Below the pieces are notes generated by a model. The model worked only from the letters and a program-made list of their open reading frames with translations, was not told the origin of the DNA and did not search any database. From the NCBI GenBank assembly GCA_002280405.1, contig NCDY01000003.1, positions 1 to 54,348 of the forward strand: a stretch of 54,348 nt of DNA. Direction: 5' to 3'. This DNA is from Rhodobacterales bacterium 32-66-9. Its GTDB lineage: Bacteria; Pseudomonadota; Alphaproteobacteria; Rhodobacterales; Rhodobacteraceae. Each line of letters begins with the position of its first letter. Position 1 is the stretch's first letter. The position numbers and the translations under genes are program-made. Of this stretch, positions 9,618-19,552 are shown in pieces.

Positions 9618-10814
9618 TCAGGGCCCGCGCAAACCACGAAACGCCGCATCCTCGACCGACCATGCAGCCAGACCCTCGACCACCGCTTCGGCCAGTCTTG
9701 CCCGCCAGACCGGGTCCGACAGCCGCTTGGCGTCACGGTCGGACGACAGGAACCCCGCTTCCAGCAGCGCAGAGGGAATGTCCGGGGACCTCAGGACCGA
9801 GAAGCCCCCGGTCTGGTGCGGCTGCCGGTGCATCCGGATCCTGGCCGTCTTGATCGCGGCCACCATCGCCGCTGCCAGCCGGTCGGTGCGCGGCAGCGTT
9901 TCGGTGCGGGCCATGTCCATGAGGACTTCGGCCACGACATCGTCCTGCGCGGTCAGATCCATCCCGGCCAGAAGATCATCCCGGTCATGCCGTTCGGCCA
10001 GCGCCGCCGCAGCCGCGTCCGAAGTCTCTTCGGCCAGCGTGTAGACCGTCGCGCCCTGCGCATCGCCCGCGGCCAGCGCGTCGGCATGCAGCGACAGAAA
10101 CAGGTCCGCTTTCGCCTCGCGCGCGATCGAGGTGCGGGTTTCCAGCGGCACGAAGACATCCGCGTCGCGTGTCAGCACCACCCGGAACCGTCCGTCGCGG
10201 ATGAGAGCCTCTTTCAACTCGCGCGCGAAGGTCAGCATCAGGGCTGCCTCGCTCTGCCCGTCCCGTCCGGCGCCCGGGTCCAATCCGCCATGGCCGGGAT
10301 CAAGGACCACGACCAGCGGCCCGGCCCCTTCGGCGACGGGCAAGGCCAGTTCGGCGGCCTTGGGCGCGGCCCATTCGGGAAGGTCGGGTTTTGCCGCCTC
10401 GACCGCAAAGTCCGCGGCATCGGTCGGGGCCAGCGCCAGGTCGATCCTGGTCTCGCCCGCGGTCACCATCTCGGCCCGCACCAGCCGGTAGGGCCCGTCC
10501 AGTTCCAGCACCAGCCGTGACCAGCCAGGCCGGAACGATCCCGCCCGCATCGCGAGGGCCGGGCGAACGATGGCCAGAACCGCCGCCCCCGCCCAGTCGA
10601 CCTCGCGCGTGTCGATCACCAGCCGGGGCGGGTTGTCCATCAGCCGCACCCGCCACGGCACCGGCTGGCTGAGCCCCAGCCGAAGCTCCAGACCCTTTGC
10701 GGTCGCCACCAGGCCGGACCGCATCGCATCGACCCGCGCCAGCGCCGACAGTTCCTGGGCCCGGACCGGCACGCAGACAAGGACAAAGACCAAAAGCACG
10801 CGCGCGACGATCAT
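9618..10814 (-). CDS. amiC: N-acetylmuramoyl-L-alanine amidase (AMIN + Amidase_3)
   Basis: LDPGHGGLDPGA, LSLHADA, SALLEAGFLS; signal peptide. Confidence 0.9.
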   Translation of the reverse strand: MIVARVLLVFVLVCVPVRAQELSALARVDAMRSGLVATAKGLELRLGLSQPVPWRVRLMDNPPRLVIDTREVDWAGAAVLAIVRPALAMRAGSFRPGWSRLVLELDGPYRLVRAEMVTAGETRIDLALAPTDAADFAVEAAKPDLPEWAAPKAAELALPVAEGAGPLVVVLDPGHGGLDPGAGRDGQSEAALMLTFARELKEALIRDGRFRVVLTRDADVFVPLETRTSIAREAKADLFLSLHADALAAGDAQGATVYTLAEETSDAAAAALAERHDRDDLLAGMDLTAQDDVVAEVLMDMARTETLPRTDRLAAAMVAAIKTARIRMHRQPHQTGGFSVLRSPDIPSALLEAGFLSSDRDAKRLSDPVWRARLAEAVVEGLAAWSVEDAAFRGLRGP

Positions 10815-11153
10815 CGCCGCCTTATCCCCGCTTGACCGGCAGAAGTAAATTCAGTGCGCCACCGCCGCAGGCGGCGCGTGGCCGCGGGATCACAAGTCGG
10901 CAAACTTCGTGTCGCCCGCCCGACCCGACCCTGTCCGGCCAAGGCCCCTGCCGTGACGCGCGAACCGATCGCTGGCCGGACGGCCGACGATACCGGCACC
11001 CTGCCCGATGGCCGTGCGGGCTTGGCCACGCCGGCGGTCTTCGCGACGTGCAACCGGAAGGCCGACGCGGTCGCGTCGCCGATCCGCGCCGGGCCGGTTG
11101 CCGGACCTGCCTGTCTCAACTGGCCGGGAATCAGCACGGTCACTGGCCCGAGA

Positions 11154-12278
11154 CTACTCCGCCGCCAGTTTCTCGGCCGCCTCGATCTCGGCGGCTTTCT
11201 GCTCGACCAGCCCGACGATATGGTCGATCATCCGGTCGTTCGACAGCGTGTGATCCTGCTTTCCCGCAAGGTAGACCATTCCCTTGCCCGCCCCGCCGCC
11301 GGTAAAGCCGATGTTGGTCATCAGCGCCTCGCCCGGGCCATTCACCACGCAGCCGATGATCGACAGGCTCATCGAGGTGGTGATATGCGCCAGCCGGTTT
11401 TCCAGCGCCGACACCGTCTGGATCACGTCAAAGCCCTGCCGCGCGCAACTGGGGCAAGAGATGATCGTCACCCCCCGGTGCCGCAGGCCCAGCGACTTCA
11501 GGATTTCGAAGCCGACCTTCACCTCTTCCACCGGGTCCGCCGACAGCGACACCCGGATCGTGTCCCCGATTCCCATCCAGAGCAGGTTCCCCAGGCCGAT
11601 CGCCGATTTCACCGTTCCCGAAACCAGTCCCCCGGCCTCGGTGATCCCCAGATGGATCGGCGCATCGGTCGCGTCCGCCAGTTGCTGATACGCCGCCGCC
11701 GCAAGGAACACGTCGGATGCCTTCACCGAAATCTTGAACTCGTGAAAGTCGTTGTCCATCAGCAGCCGGATATGGTCGAGCCCCGATTCCACCATCGCCT
11801 CGGGACAGGGCTCGCCATATTTCTCCAGCAGGTGCTTTTCCAGCGAGCCCGCGTTCACGCCGATCCGGATCGAACAGCCGTGGTCCTTCGCGGCCCGCAC
11901 CACCTCGGCCACGCGGCGGGCATCGCCGATGTTGCCGGGATTGATGCGCAGACAGGCCGCACCCGCCTCGGCCGCCTCGATCGCGCGTTTGTAGTGGAAA
12001 TGGATGTCCGCGACGATCGGGACCGGGCTTTCGGCGACAATCTCCTTCAGCGCCCGGGTCGACGCCTCATCCGGGGTCGAGACCCGCACGATATCCGCCC
12101 CGGCGGCGGCACATCGCCGGATCTGTTCCAGCGTCGCGGCCACGTCGGAGGTGATGGTGTTGGTCATCGTCTGGACGCTGATCGGCGCATCGCCGCCCAC
12201 CAGGACGCGGCCGACCCGGATCTGCCGGGACTTGCGCCGCTCGATGTTGCGCCAGGGGCGGATCGGATTGTGCGTCAT
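11154..12278 (-). CDS. ispG: (E)-4-hydroxy-3-methylbut-2-enyl-diphosphate synthase
   Basis: [39 protein letters not shown]. Confidence 0.97.
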   Translation of the reverse strand: MTHNPIRPWRNIERRKSRQIRVGRVLVGGDAPISVQTMTNTITSDVAATLEQIRRCAAAGADIVRVSTPDEASTRALKEIVAESPVPIVADIHFHYKRAIEAAEAGAACLRINPGNIGDARRVAEVVRAAKDHGCSIRIGVNAGSLEKHLLEKYGEPCPEAMVESGLDHIRLLMDNDFHEFKISVKASDVFLAAAAYQQLADATDAPIHLGITEAGGLVSGTVKSAIGLGNLLWMGIGDTIRVSLSADPVEEVKVGFEILKSLGLRHRGVTIISCPSCARQGFDVIQTVSALENRLAHITTSMSLSIIGCVVNGPGEALMTNIGFTGGGAGKGMVYLAGKQDHTLSNDRMIDHIVGLVEQKAAEIEAAEKLAAE

Positions 12279-12346
12279 CGGTCAGGCTCCGCTGTTCCTA
12301 GCGGCAGCATAGGTCGCCCGGCGAGGGGCGGCAATGGGGCGGAAGG

Positions 12347-13585
12347 TCACTCCGACGCTGGCTGACCCGGCAGAACCGGTGCCGGCACCCCAGCCGAGGC
12401 ATCGGCGGTCGCGAACCGGGCAAGATCCTCGTCCTGGGTCAGGTCGGCCTGGGCAAAGCTTTGCACCAGGGCCTCGGGCGACAGCGCTATATCCTTGGCG
12501 ACCTGGGCGCCCGGCGCGACCGGGCCATAGGCGACCCCGTCCACGACGAAATAGATCGACCCGGAATTCCCGGTCCGGAACACGGCGGCCGTCTCCAGCG
12601 GCGGCACGCTGTAGCGTTCGCCCGCGTCAAGGATCTTTTCGAACAGGACCGTGCCATCGGCCGCGTTCACCCGTACCCAGGACGGGCGCACGGCCAGCAC
12701 CTCGACGCCTTCCTTGGCATCCGCGATGACCTGGACCTCGCTGGTCACCGCCTTGGCCACCGCAGCGTCGACAGCATCGGTTGCGGCCACCTCGGCCAGA
12801 ACCCCGGTGTCGCGCGGATTGATCGCCGCGATCGGACCATCGCGAGAGGTCAGGACCGGCACATCCAGCGCCTGCGGGCGATACAGCCGGTCAAGCACAT
12901 CGGCAGGCGCCGTGCCTGCCGCAGTTGCCACCGTCTCGCCAGCAGGCTCCGTCCGGCGGGTTGCCACGACCCGCGACTCGGCACTTCCGGCATTCGACAG
13001 CGGGTCGATCTGGGCCACCACGCTTGGTGCCTCGTCCACCGGGGCCAACTGGACGCGCTGGACCTCCTGCAGCACCGACCAGCCACCGTAGCCGATCGCG
13101 CCGATCAGCGCGATCAGGACGACAATCGAGCCCAGGGCTCCCGGTTCGATCTGGGCAAAGATCGCCTCGCCGCGCGGAATGAAGCTTGCGTTCGGATCAC
13201 CCAGGGGATCAGCGAATTCCGCCCGCGCCCGCGCCTTCACGAACTGCTGCGGCGATGCAGCCGCGGACAGCCCGTGCGACACCGCATAACCGGCCTCGGC
13301 GCAAAAGCGTTCAAACGCCCATTCCGGGTCCATCGCCAGATAGCGGGCATAAGACCGGACATAGCCCGCGACGAAACCCGGGGTCTCGAAAGCCGACAGG
13401 TCGGCATTTTCGATGGCGGCGATGTAGGTGGCCTTGATCTTGAGCTCGCGCTGGACGTCGAGCAGCGATTTCCCAAGCGTGGCACGCTCGCCGCGCATGA
13501 GATCACCGAGACGCAACTCGAAGTCGTCAAAGCCCTTTGGCTTGTCCGCTTCGGTCGTCGAAGGTTTTGACCTCCAACCGATCAT
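12347..13585 (-). CDS. rodZ: RodZ-like protein (HTH, TM, DUF4115)
   Basis: N-terminal HTH GFVAGYVRSYARYL, central TM, C-terminal SWVRV...GNSG; directly upstream of ispG. Confidence 0.8.
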   Translation of the reverse strand: MIGWRSKPSTTEADKPKGFDDFELRLGDLMRGERATLGKSLLDVQRELKIKATYIAAIENADLSAFETPGFVAGYVRSYARYLAMDPEWAFERFCAEAGYAVSHGLSAAASPQQFVKARARAEFADPLGDPNASFIPRGEAIFAQIEPGALGSIVVLIALIGAIGYGGWSVLQEVQRVQLAPVDEAPSVVAQIDPLSNAGSAESRVVATRRTEPAGETVATAAGTAPADVLDRLYRPQALDVPVLTSRDGPIAAINPRDTGVLAEVAATDAVDAAVAKAVTSEVQVIADAKEGVEVLAVRPSWVRVNAADGTVLFEKILDAGERYSVPPLETAAVFRTGNSGSIYFVVDGVAYGPVAPGAQVAKDIALSPEALVQSFAQADLTQDEDLARFATADASAGVPAPVLPGQPASE

Positions 13586-13703
13586 CCGCGCCCTGTCCCC
13601 TTAGTCCACCACTCTGTGCGGTCGCCTTCCCCAGCGACTCACCGTCTTGTTCTATTCGCGAAAGCCTAGCACAGGGCAAGGGGTTTTCCACCGGGCGAAG
13701 GCC

Positions 13704-14936
13704 TTACGCGACGGCTTCGGCGCGATTCAGCGCACAATGTGCCCACAGTGCATCCATCGCGCGCACGAGCCGGTCGATCTCGCCCGCCCCATGCACCGGC
13801 GAGGGTGTGAAGCGCAACCGCTCGGTGCCGCGCGGCACGGTCGGGAAATTGATCGGCTGGACATAGATGCCATGATCTTCCAGCAGCATGTCCGACAGCA
13901 TCTTGCAGTGCACCGGATCGCCGACATGCACCGGCACGATGTGGCTGCCATGGTCGATGATCGGCAGTCCCAGCGCCTTCAGCCGCGTCTTCAGGATCGT
14001 GGCCTGCGTCTGGTGCCGCGCCCGCAGCGCGACCCCGCCCGCGCCCTTCAGGAAGCGGACCGAGGCCACCGCCCCCGCCGCCACCGCGGGCGGCAGGCTG
14101 GTGGTGAAGATGAACCCCGGCGCATAGGACCGCACCGCATCGACCATCCGCGCCGAGGCCGCGATATAGCCGCCGAAGACGCCATAGGCCTTGGCGAGCG
14201 TGCCGTTGACGAGGTCGATCCGCTGCATCTGCCCGTCGCGTTCGGCAACCCCTGCCCCGCGCGGCCCATACATGCCGACCGCATGGACCTCGTCCAGATA
14301 GGTCAGCGCGCCGAACTCCTCGGCCAGGTCGCAGATGTCGCGGATCGGCCCGAAGTCGCCGTCCATCGAATAGATCGATTCGAAGGCAATCAGCTTCGGC
14401 GCTGCCGGATCGTCAGCCGCAAGCAACTCGCGCAGATGCGCGACATCGTTGTGGCGGAAGACGCGCTTTTCGCCCCCGCCGCGCCGGACGCCCTCGATCA
14501 TCGAGGCATGGTTCAGGGCGTCGGAATAGATGATCAGCCCCGGAAAGATCACCCGCAGCGTCGAGAGCGTCGCATCGTTGGCGATGTAGGCGGAGGTGAA
14601 GACCAGCGCGGCCTCCTTGCCATGCAGATCGGCGAGCTCGACCTCCAGCCGCTTGTGCCAGACGGTCGTCCCGCTGATGTTCCGCGTTCCGCCCGAGCCA
14701 GCGCCCGTCGCCTCCAGCGCTTCGTGCATCGCGCCGAGGACCTCGGCGTGCTGGCCCATGCCCAGATAGTCGTTGCCGCACCAGACGGTGATGTCCTTCT
14801 GGCTGCCATCGGGCCGCGTCCAGACCGCCTGCGGGAACTGGCCTTGCGCCCGAGCGATGTCGATGAAGGTTCGGTAGCGTCCCTCGTCGTGCAGGCGCTG
14901 CAGGCTGGCATCGATCGCGTCGTCGTATCTGGTCAT
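13704..14936 (-). CDS. hemA: 5-aminolevulinate synthase
   Basis: [38 protein letters not shown] (PLP lysine), FIFTTSLPP. Confidence 0.96.
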   Translation of the reverse strand: MTRYDDAIDASLQRLHDEGRYRTFIDIARAQGQFPQAVWTRPDGSQKDITVWCGNDYLGMGQHAEVLGAMHEALEATGAGSGGTRNISGTTVWHKRLEVELADLHGKEAALVFTSAYIANDATLSTLRVIFPGLIIYSDALNHASMIEGVRRGGGEKRVFRHNDVAHLRELLAADDPAAPKLIAFESIYSMDGDFGPIRDICDLAEEFGALTYLDEVHAVGMYGPRGAGVAERDGQMQRIDLVNGTLAKAYGVFGGYIAASARMVDAVRSYAPGFIFTTSLPPAVAAGAVASVRFLKGAGGVALRARHQTQATILKTRLKALGLPIIDHGSHIVPVHVGDPVHCKMLSDMLLEDHGIYVQPINFPTVPRGTERLRFTPSPVHGAGEIDRLVRAMDALWAHCALNRAEAVA

Positions 14937-14986
14937 GCGTCCCGGTCCTTTTGCGGCCGTTCTCGACGAACCTCCGCCTCGGTGCC

Positions 14987-15000
14987 TTGATTTCGGTCAA
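14987..15000. promoter_or_regulatory. FNR/FnrL-type box upstream of hemA
   Basis: TTGAT-ttcg-GTCAA (consensus TTGAT-N4-ATCAA, 1 mismatch), 50 nt upstream of the hemA start. Confidence 0.7.
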
Positions 15001-15133
15001 ACGGCCCGGCGATCCAAGGGGGCGTTTTGTCACCCCGCCCGGCCCCGACCCCTTTCCTTAGCGCAGCGCGCCCGCTCTGGACAGTCCCGACCCGCCTGCT
15101 AGGCTCTTTTGCGTTCACATCCCGGAGAGTGTC

Positions 15134-16513
15134 ATGTCCCCGTCCCTCGACGCCGTCCTGCAGCGCATCGACGAAACCCTGCCCCAGTCGCTGGACCGGC
15201 TGATGGCGCTGCTCCGCATCCCGTCGATCTCGACCGACCCGGCCTACAAGGCCGACTGCGCCCGCGCGGCAGATCACCTGGCTGCCGATCTTGCCAGCCT
15301 TGGATTCAATGCCCGCGCCGCACAGACCCCCGGGCACCCGATGGTTGTGGCTCATGGCGGCGAGGGGCGGCGTCACCTGCTCTTCTACGGTCACTATGAT
15401 GTGCAACCCGTTGACCCGATTGAACTTTGGGACCGCCCACCCTTCGACCCTGACCTGCAGGACACCCCGAAGGGCCGCGTGATTCGCGCGCGCGGCGCCT
15501 CAGATGACAAGGGCCAGCTGATGACCTTCATCGAGGCCTGCCGCGCCTGGAAAGCGGTCCACGGCACCCTGCCCGGCAAGCTTACGATCTTTCTCGAGGG
15601 CGAGGAAGAATCCGGCTCGCCCTCCCTCATTCCCTTCCTCGAACGGAACCGCGACGAGCTGAGCTGCGACCTCGCCCTCATCTGCGACACCGGGCTGTTC
15701 GAAGGTGCGGTCCCAGCCATCACCACCATGCTCCGGGGCCTCGTGAAAGCCGAATTCACCATCCGCGCGGCGAACCGCGACCTGCATTCCGGCATGTATG
15801 GCGGCCTGGCGCAGAACCCGCTGCACCTGATGGCGCGCCTGCTTTGCAGCCTCCACGATTCGCAAGGCCGCGTGCAGGTGCCGGGCTTCTACGATGCCGT
15901 GGACGAACTTCCCGATACCCTCCGCCAGCAGTGGCAGGCGCTTGCCTTCGACCACGCCCGCTATCTTGGCGACGTCGGCCTTTCCGTTCCCGCCGGCGAA
16001 CAGGACCGGACACCGCTGGAAAGGATCTGGTCCCGCCCCACCGCCGAGGTCAACGGCCTCTGGGGCGGCTACACCGGTGCGGGCTTCAAGACCGTCCTGC
16101 CGTCCGAGGCCCATGCGAAAGTGTCCTTCCGCCTCGTCTCGCGCCAGGACCCCGACACGATCATCGCCGCCTTCCGCATCTGGGCCGAGGCGCAGATGCC
16201 CCCCGACTGCAAGATCCAGTGGCACGGCGGCAGCGACGGCGCGCCCGCCTCGGTCATGGAAATCTCCGACCCGGCTTTCGAAGCCGCCCGGCAGGCCCTG
16301 ACCGAAGAATGGGGCCGCCCCGCCGCCTTTGTCGGGGCCGGAGGCTCGATCCCGGTCGCGGGCTACTTCAAGTCGATCCTTGGCATGGACGCCATGCTGA
16401 TCGGCTTTGGCCGCGACGATGACCAGATTCACGCGCCAAACGAAAAATACGATCTGGACAGCTTCCACAAGGGCATCCGCTCCTGGGCCCGCATCCTGGC
16501 GCGCCTCGCGTGA
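15134..16513 (+). CDS. M20/M25/M40 metallo-dipeptidase
   Basis: YGHYDVQP, RGASDDKGQ, EGEEESGS, HAPNEK. Confidence 0.92.
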   Translation: MSPSLDAVLQRIDETLPQSLDRLMALLRIPSISTDPAYKADCARAADHLAADLASLGFNARAAQTPGHPMVVAHGGEGRRHLLFYGHYDVQPVDPIELWDRPPFDPDLQDTPKGRVIRARGASDDKGQLMTFIEACRAWKAVHGTLPGKLTIFLEGEEESGSPSLIPFLERNRDELSCDLALICDTGLFEGAVPAITTMLRGLVKAEFTIRAANRDLHSGMYGGLAQNPLHLMARLLCSLHDSQGRVQVPGFYDAVDELPDTLRQQWQALAFDHARYLGDVGLSVPAGEQDRTPLERIWSRPTAEVNGLWGGYTGAGFKTVLPSEAHAKVSFRLVSRQDPDTIIAAFRIWAEAQMPPDCKIQWHGGSDGAPASVMEISDPAFEAARQALTEEWGRPAAFVGAGGSIPVAGYFKSILGMDAMLIGFGRDDDQIHAPNEKYDLDSFHKGIRSWARILARLA

Positions 16514-16953
16514 TGCCTGAACTTCGCGATGCAAATCCTTCTGATGAAACCGCTTTTCTTGTTCTTTGGAATGCCTACCTTGCCTACTACCGCGTCGATC
16601 TTCCCCCCGAGATCACCACCGCCACCTGGGCGCGCCTGATGGATCCCGCTTCTCCGGTCAAGGCCCGCCTGGCGCTGATCGAGGGCCAGGTCAGCGGCTT
16701 CGCCATCCACCTCCACCATCCCTCGACCTGGGTCGCGACCGAAGACTGCTATCTCGAAGATCTCTACGTTGCCGAGATGGCCCGTGGCCACGGTCTTGGC
16801 CGTGCGCTGATCGACGATCTCATTGCCCTCGCCCGGGCAAAGGGCTGGTCGCGGCTCTACTGGCACACCGACGAGGCCAACCGCCGCGCCCGCGCGCTCT
16901 ATGACAGCTACATCCGGTCGGACGGCCATATCCGCTACAGGCTCGCGCTGTGA
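16513..16953 (+). CDS. GNAT family N-acetyltransferase
   Basis: YLEDLYV...ARGHGLGRALI, NRRARALYD; start overlaps the upstream stop. Confidence 0.88.
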   Translation: MPELRDANPSDETAFLVLWNAYLAYYRVDLPPEITTATWARLMDPASPVKARLALIEGQVSGFAIHLHHPSTWVATEDCYLEDLYVAEMARGHGLGRALIDDLIALARAKGWSRLYWHTDEANRRARALYDSYIRSDGHIRYRLAL

Positions 16954-16957
16954 AATG

Positions 16958-16987
16958 AAAACGGGGGCCCGAAGGCCCCCGTTTCTT
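16958..16987. terminator. Bidirectional intrinsic terminator
   Basis: aaacgggggcc-cgaa-ggcccccgttt hairpin with A/T tails, between convergent genes. Confidence 0.85.
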
Positions 16988-17003
16988 GCGCGTCGGGCCG
17001 GGT

Positions 17004-17267
17004 TCATCCCGCCTTCAGCGCCGAAGCTTCCTTCTTCTTGCCATTCGCATCCCAGGTGATCGTCACCTTCTCGCCAGCCTTGAACGCCTTCAGATCGACG
17101 CCCTTGGGCACGGTGTAGGACGATCCGTCCTGCAGCACCACGGTCATGGCCTTGGCGTCGATCGACTTGATGACCCCGGACGTGGTGGTCGGCGGGGCGG
17201 CCAGCACGGCACCCCCGAGGCCAAGCGAAGCGACCAGGGCAAGAGCAAGAGTGTTCGAACGCATCAT
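17004..17267 (-). CDS. Small exported protein, DUF1344-like OB fold
   Basis: Signal peptide, then GVIKSIDAKAMTVVLQDGSSYTVP...GEKVTITW; AGGAG RBS. Confidence 0.75.
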   Translation of the reverse strand: MMRSNTLALALVASLGLGGAVLAAPPTTTSGVIKSIDAKAMTVVLQDGSSYTVPKGVDLKAFKAGEKVTITWDANGKKKEASALKAG

Positions 17268-17282
17268 ACGTCTCCTGTATCG

Positions 17283-17310
17283 GGAACGGTCCGCACGGGA
17301 TCTCCGTTCC
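17283..17310. promoter_or_regulatory. EcfG-type (general stress sigma) promoter, readable on both strands
   Basis: Minus strand: GGAAC(17310-17306)-N17-CGTT(17288-17285); plus strand: GGAAC(17283-17287)-N17-CGTT(17305-17308). Confidence 0.6.
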
Positions 17311-17792
17311 GGAAAAATCCCGGCGCGCCGGGCCTGTCGCGTCGATGGTCTGGACCATCCGGCAGGCTCTGGTCGGGATGTCGTGACCCTACACCTGCTG
17401 CAGTGCGGCGCGAAGGGGGTCTCACGCCAAGGTGCCAGCGCGTGAGGCCGCGTGTGGCACGGCCGCGTGAGCCGCCGTGAACCCGGGTGCCGCTTTCCGT
17501 CGGATCCCGGTGCGATTTCCGGGCATTGCCTGCCTCACGGCCCCGGGCGTCAGATGCCGCAGGAACCTGCCAAAGCCAGGGCGACACCTCATAGGTCCGC
17601 GAGCCCTGCGCGATCCCTGCGCGATCCGCCCCATGATCCGGCCTTGCCGGCTGGGATTGCCCTCGGCACGGGCTGGCAGGAAAGCCCGCCACCAGCCGGC
17701 CCGGCCGACTCGGTCCTGTGCCGCATCGCCCGTTTTGGCGACCGGCACGGCAGCAGGCGATGCCGGACGCGCGTGATGCTGATGGAAGAGAC

Positions 17793-17869
17793 TGGCGCGG
17801 TGGACGGGGCTCGAACCCGCGACCCCCGGCGTGACAGGCCGGTACTCTAACCAACTGAGCTACCACCGC
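17793..17869 (-). tRNA. tRNA-Asp(GTC)
   Basis: 77-nt cloverleaf GCGGTGG...CTGTCAC...TTCGAGC...CCACCGCGCCA. Confidence 0.97.
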
Positions 17870-17882
17870 GCGCTGGACCGGG

Positions 17883-17911
17883 CAGATAGTGGGTTGGGCC
17901 GGGGGCGTCAA
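17883..17911 (-). promoter_or_regulatory. Sigma70-type promoter of tRNA-Asp copy 1
   Basis: TTGACG-N17-TATCTG just upstream of the tRNA. Confidence 0.6.
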
Positions 17912-18176
17912 GCGGGAAACGCCGCGCCTTGACGCCACGCGTCCCCTCGATGGGCAGGATGGGGGCCAACCTGCCATCTTGTCAGCCTACCCCGGCGCGC
18001 CCGGCGTCGCGGGCCCCGACGCGGGGGCGCAGGCAGCGGGGCGCGTGGCGGCACCACCGCCCGCCAATCCCAGACAGACGGCGGAGGCCCGCAGCCAACC
18101 TCATGAAGTCAAGGCCCCAGAAAGGCAGACCGCGCGCGGCACCGTTGCGGCCTTGGATGCGGAAGATCGGAGGAAC

Positions 18177-18253
18177 TGGCGCGGTGGACGGGGCTCGAAC
18201 CCGCGACCCCCGGCGTGACAGGCCGGTACTCTAACCAACTGAGCTACCACCGC
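18177..18253 (-). tRNA. tRNA-Asp(GTC), identical second copy
   Basis: Same 77-nt sequence as 17793-17869. Confidence 0.97.
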
Positions 18254-18264
18254 GCGTGGACGGC

Positions 18265-18293
18265 GGGATAGACGCATCTCACGAGGCCGTCAA
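18265..18293 (-). promoter_or_regulatory. Sigma70-type promoter of tRNA-Asp copy 2
   Basis: TTGACG-N17-TATCCC just upstream of the tRNA. Confidence 0.6.
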
Positions 18294-18300
18294 TGGGGGT

Positions 18301-19236
18301 TCAGCGGTCCGGTGCCGGGATGAACTCTCCGTCATCCCCGGGCGGCAGCTTGAAGCGACCGTGCTGCCAGTCCCCCGCGCGCCAGGCTTCTTTCGCAGCC
18401 TCGATCTTCTCCTTCGACGAGGCGACGAAATTCCACCAGATGAAACGGGGGCCGTCCATCGTGGCCCCCCCGAGGAGCATGACCCGCGCCCCCTGCGGTC
18501 CGGCCGTCACCGACACCCGGTCGCCGGGCCGGAAAACCAGCATCCGTCCCGCCGGGAAGACCTGGCGCGCCGAAGAGACCTCGCCGTCAAGGATGTAGAC
18601 CCCCCTGTCCTCGTGGTCGTCCGGCAGGGGTATCGTCGCACCCGGGGCCAGGCGGGCGTCGGCGTAGAAGACCTCGGAAGGCATCTCGAGGCTGACCCGT
18701 TCCCCCCAGGCATGGCCGAGGATCAGGCGAACCTCTTTCCCCTCGCCGTCCAGTTCCGGCAGGGCCGCGCGGCCAAGGTGGATGAACCCCGCCGGAGCTT
18801 CCTCGCGGTCCTTCGGCAGGGCGAGCCAGGTCTGCAATCCGAACATCGACAGGGGGGACATGCGGGCCGCGCCGTCGGTCCGTTCGGAATGGGTGATCCC
18901 CTGCCCCGCCAGCATCCAGTTCACCGCGCCGGGTTCGATCCAGGCATCGGTCCCGAGGCTGTCGCGGTGGTGGAGGCGACCTTTCAGCAGGTAGGTGACG
19001 GTGCCGAGGCCGATGTGGGGGTGGGGGCGGACGTCGATGCCGGTGCCGGTCAGGAATTCGGCCGGACCCATCTGGTCGAAGAAGATGAAGGGGCCGACCA
19101 TCTGCCGCTGGGCCGAGGGCAGCGCGCGGCGGACCTCGAACCCGCCGAGGTCGCGGGCGCGGGGGACGATGACGGTCTCGATCGCGTCGACGGCGTCGCC
19201 GAGGGGGATGGAGCGGTCCAAGAGCGGGTTCCACAT
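18301..19236 (-). CDS. Pirin family protein
   Basis: GPFIFFDQMG, PHPHIGL, HRDSLG, GITHSE, WNFVAS. Confidence 0.93.
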   Translation of the reverse strand: MWNPLLDRSIPLGDAVDAIETVIVPRARDLGGFEVRRALPSAQRQMVGPFIFFDQMGPAEFLTGTGIDVRPHPHIGLGTVTYLLKGRLHHRDSLGTDAWIEPGAVNWMLAGQGITHSERTDGAARMSPLSMFGLQTWLALPKDREEAPAGFIHLGRAALPELDGEGKEVRLILGHAWGERVSLEMPSEVFYADARLAPGATIPLPDDHEDRGVYILDGEVSSARQVFPAGRMLVFRPGDRVSVTAGPQGARVMLLGGATMDGPRFIWWNFVASSKEKIEAAKEAWRAGDWQHGRFKLPPGDDGEFIPAPDR

Positions 19237-19552
19237 GGGCGGATCTCCTTACGGGGGGAAGGTAGACCGGGGCGGGCGGAATTTCATCCCGATCTGGCCG
19301 CGCGGGGGCTGTGCGAGGCTGAACAGGCGGGGGGCGCCACGCGTGGCATGGTTCGGCGGGCACGATGATTCAACGGGTTGGCCAGGGAGGCTCACGATTT
19401 GGCAAGACTTGCACCGGCGGCGACGGCACGTCGACGACGGCGTCCCGCCTTGCCGGGGAGGCCGAGGAGAAGACACGTCGCACGCGGAGGTCGCGCGGAG
19501 GTCGCGGGCCGTGCGCACAGGGCCCTTGAATTGCACGACCGGGTAATATCCG

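Noticed and set aside
17793-18253. Duplicated tRNA-Asp as attL/attR of an integrated element
   Set aside because: Both copies are full length and identical, each has its own promoter, only 307 nt lie between them, and no integrase is adjacent.
19399-19414. tggcaagacttgca as a sigma54 promoter
   Set aside because: GG-to-GC spacing is 8 nt rather than the required 10.
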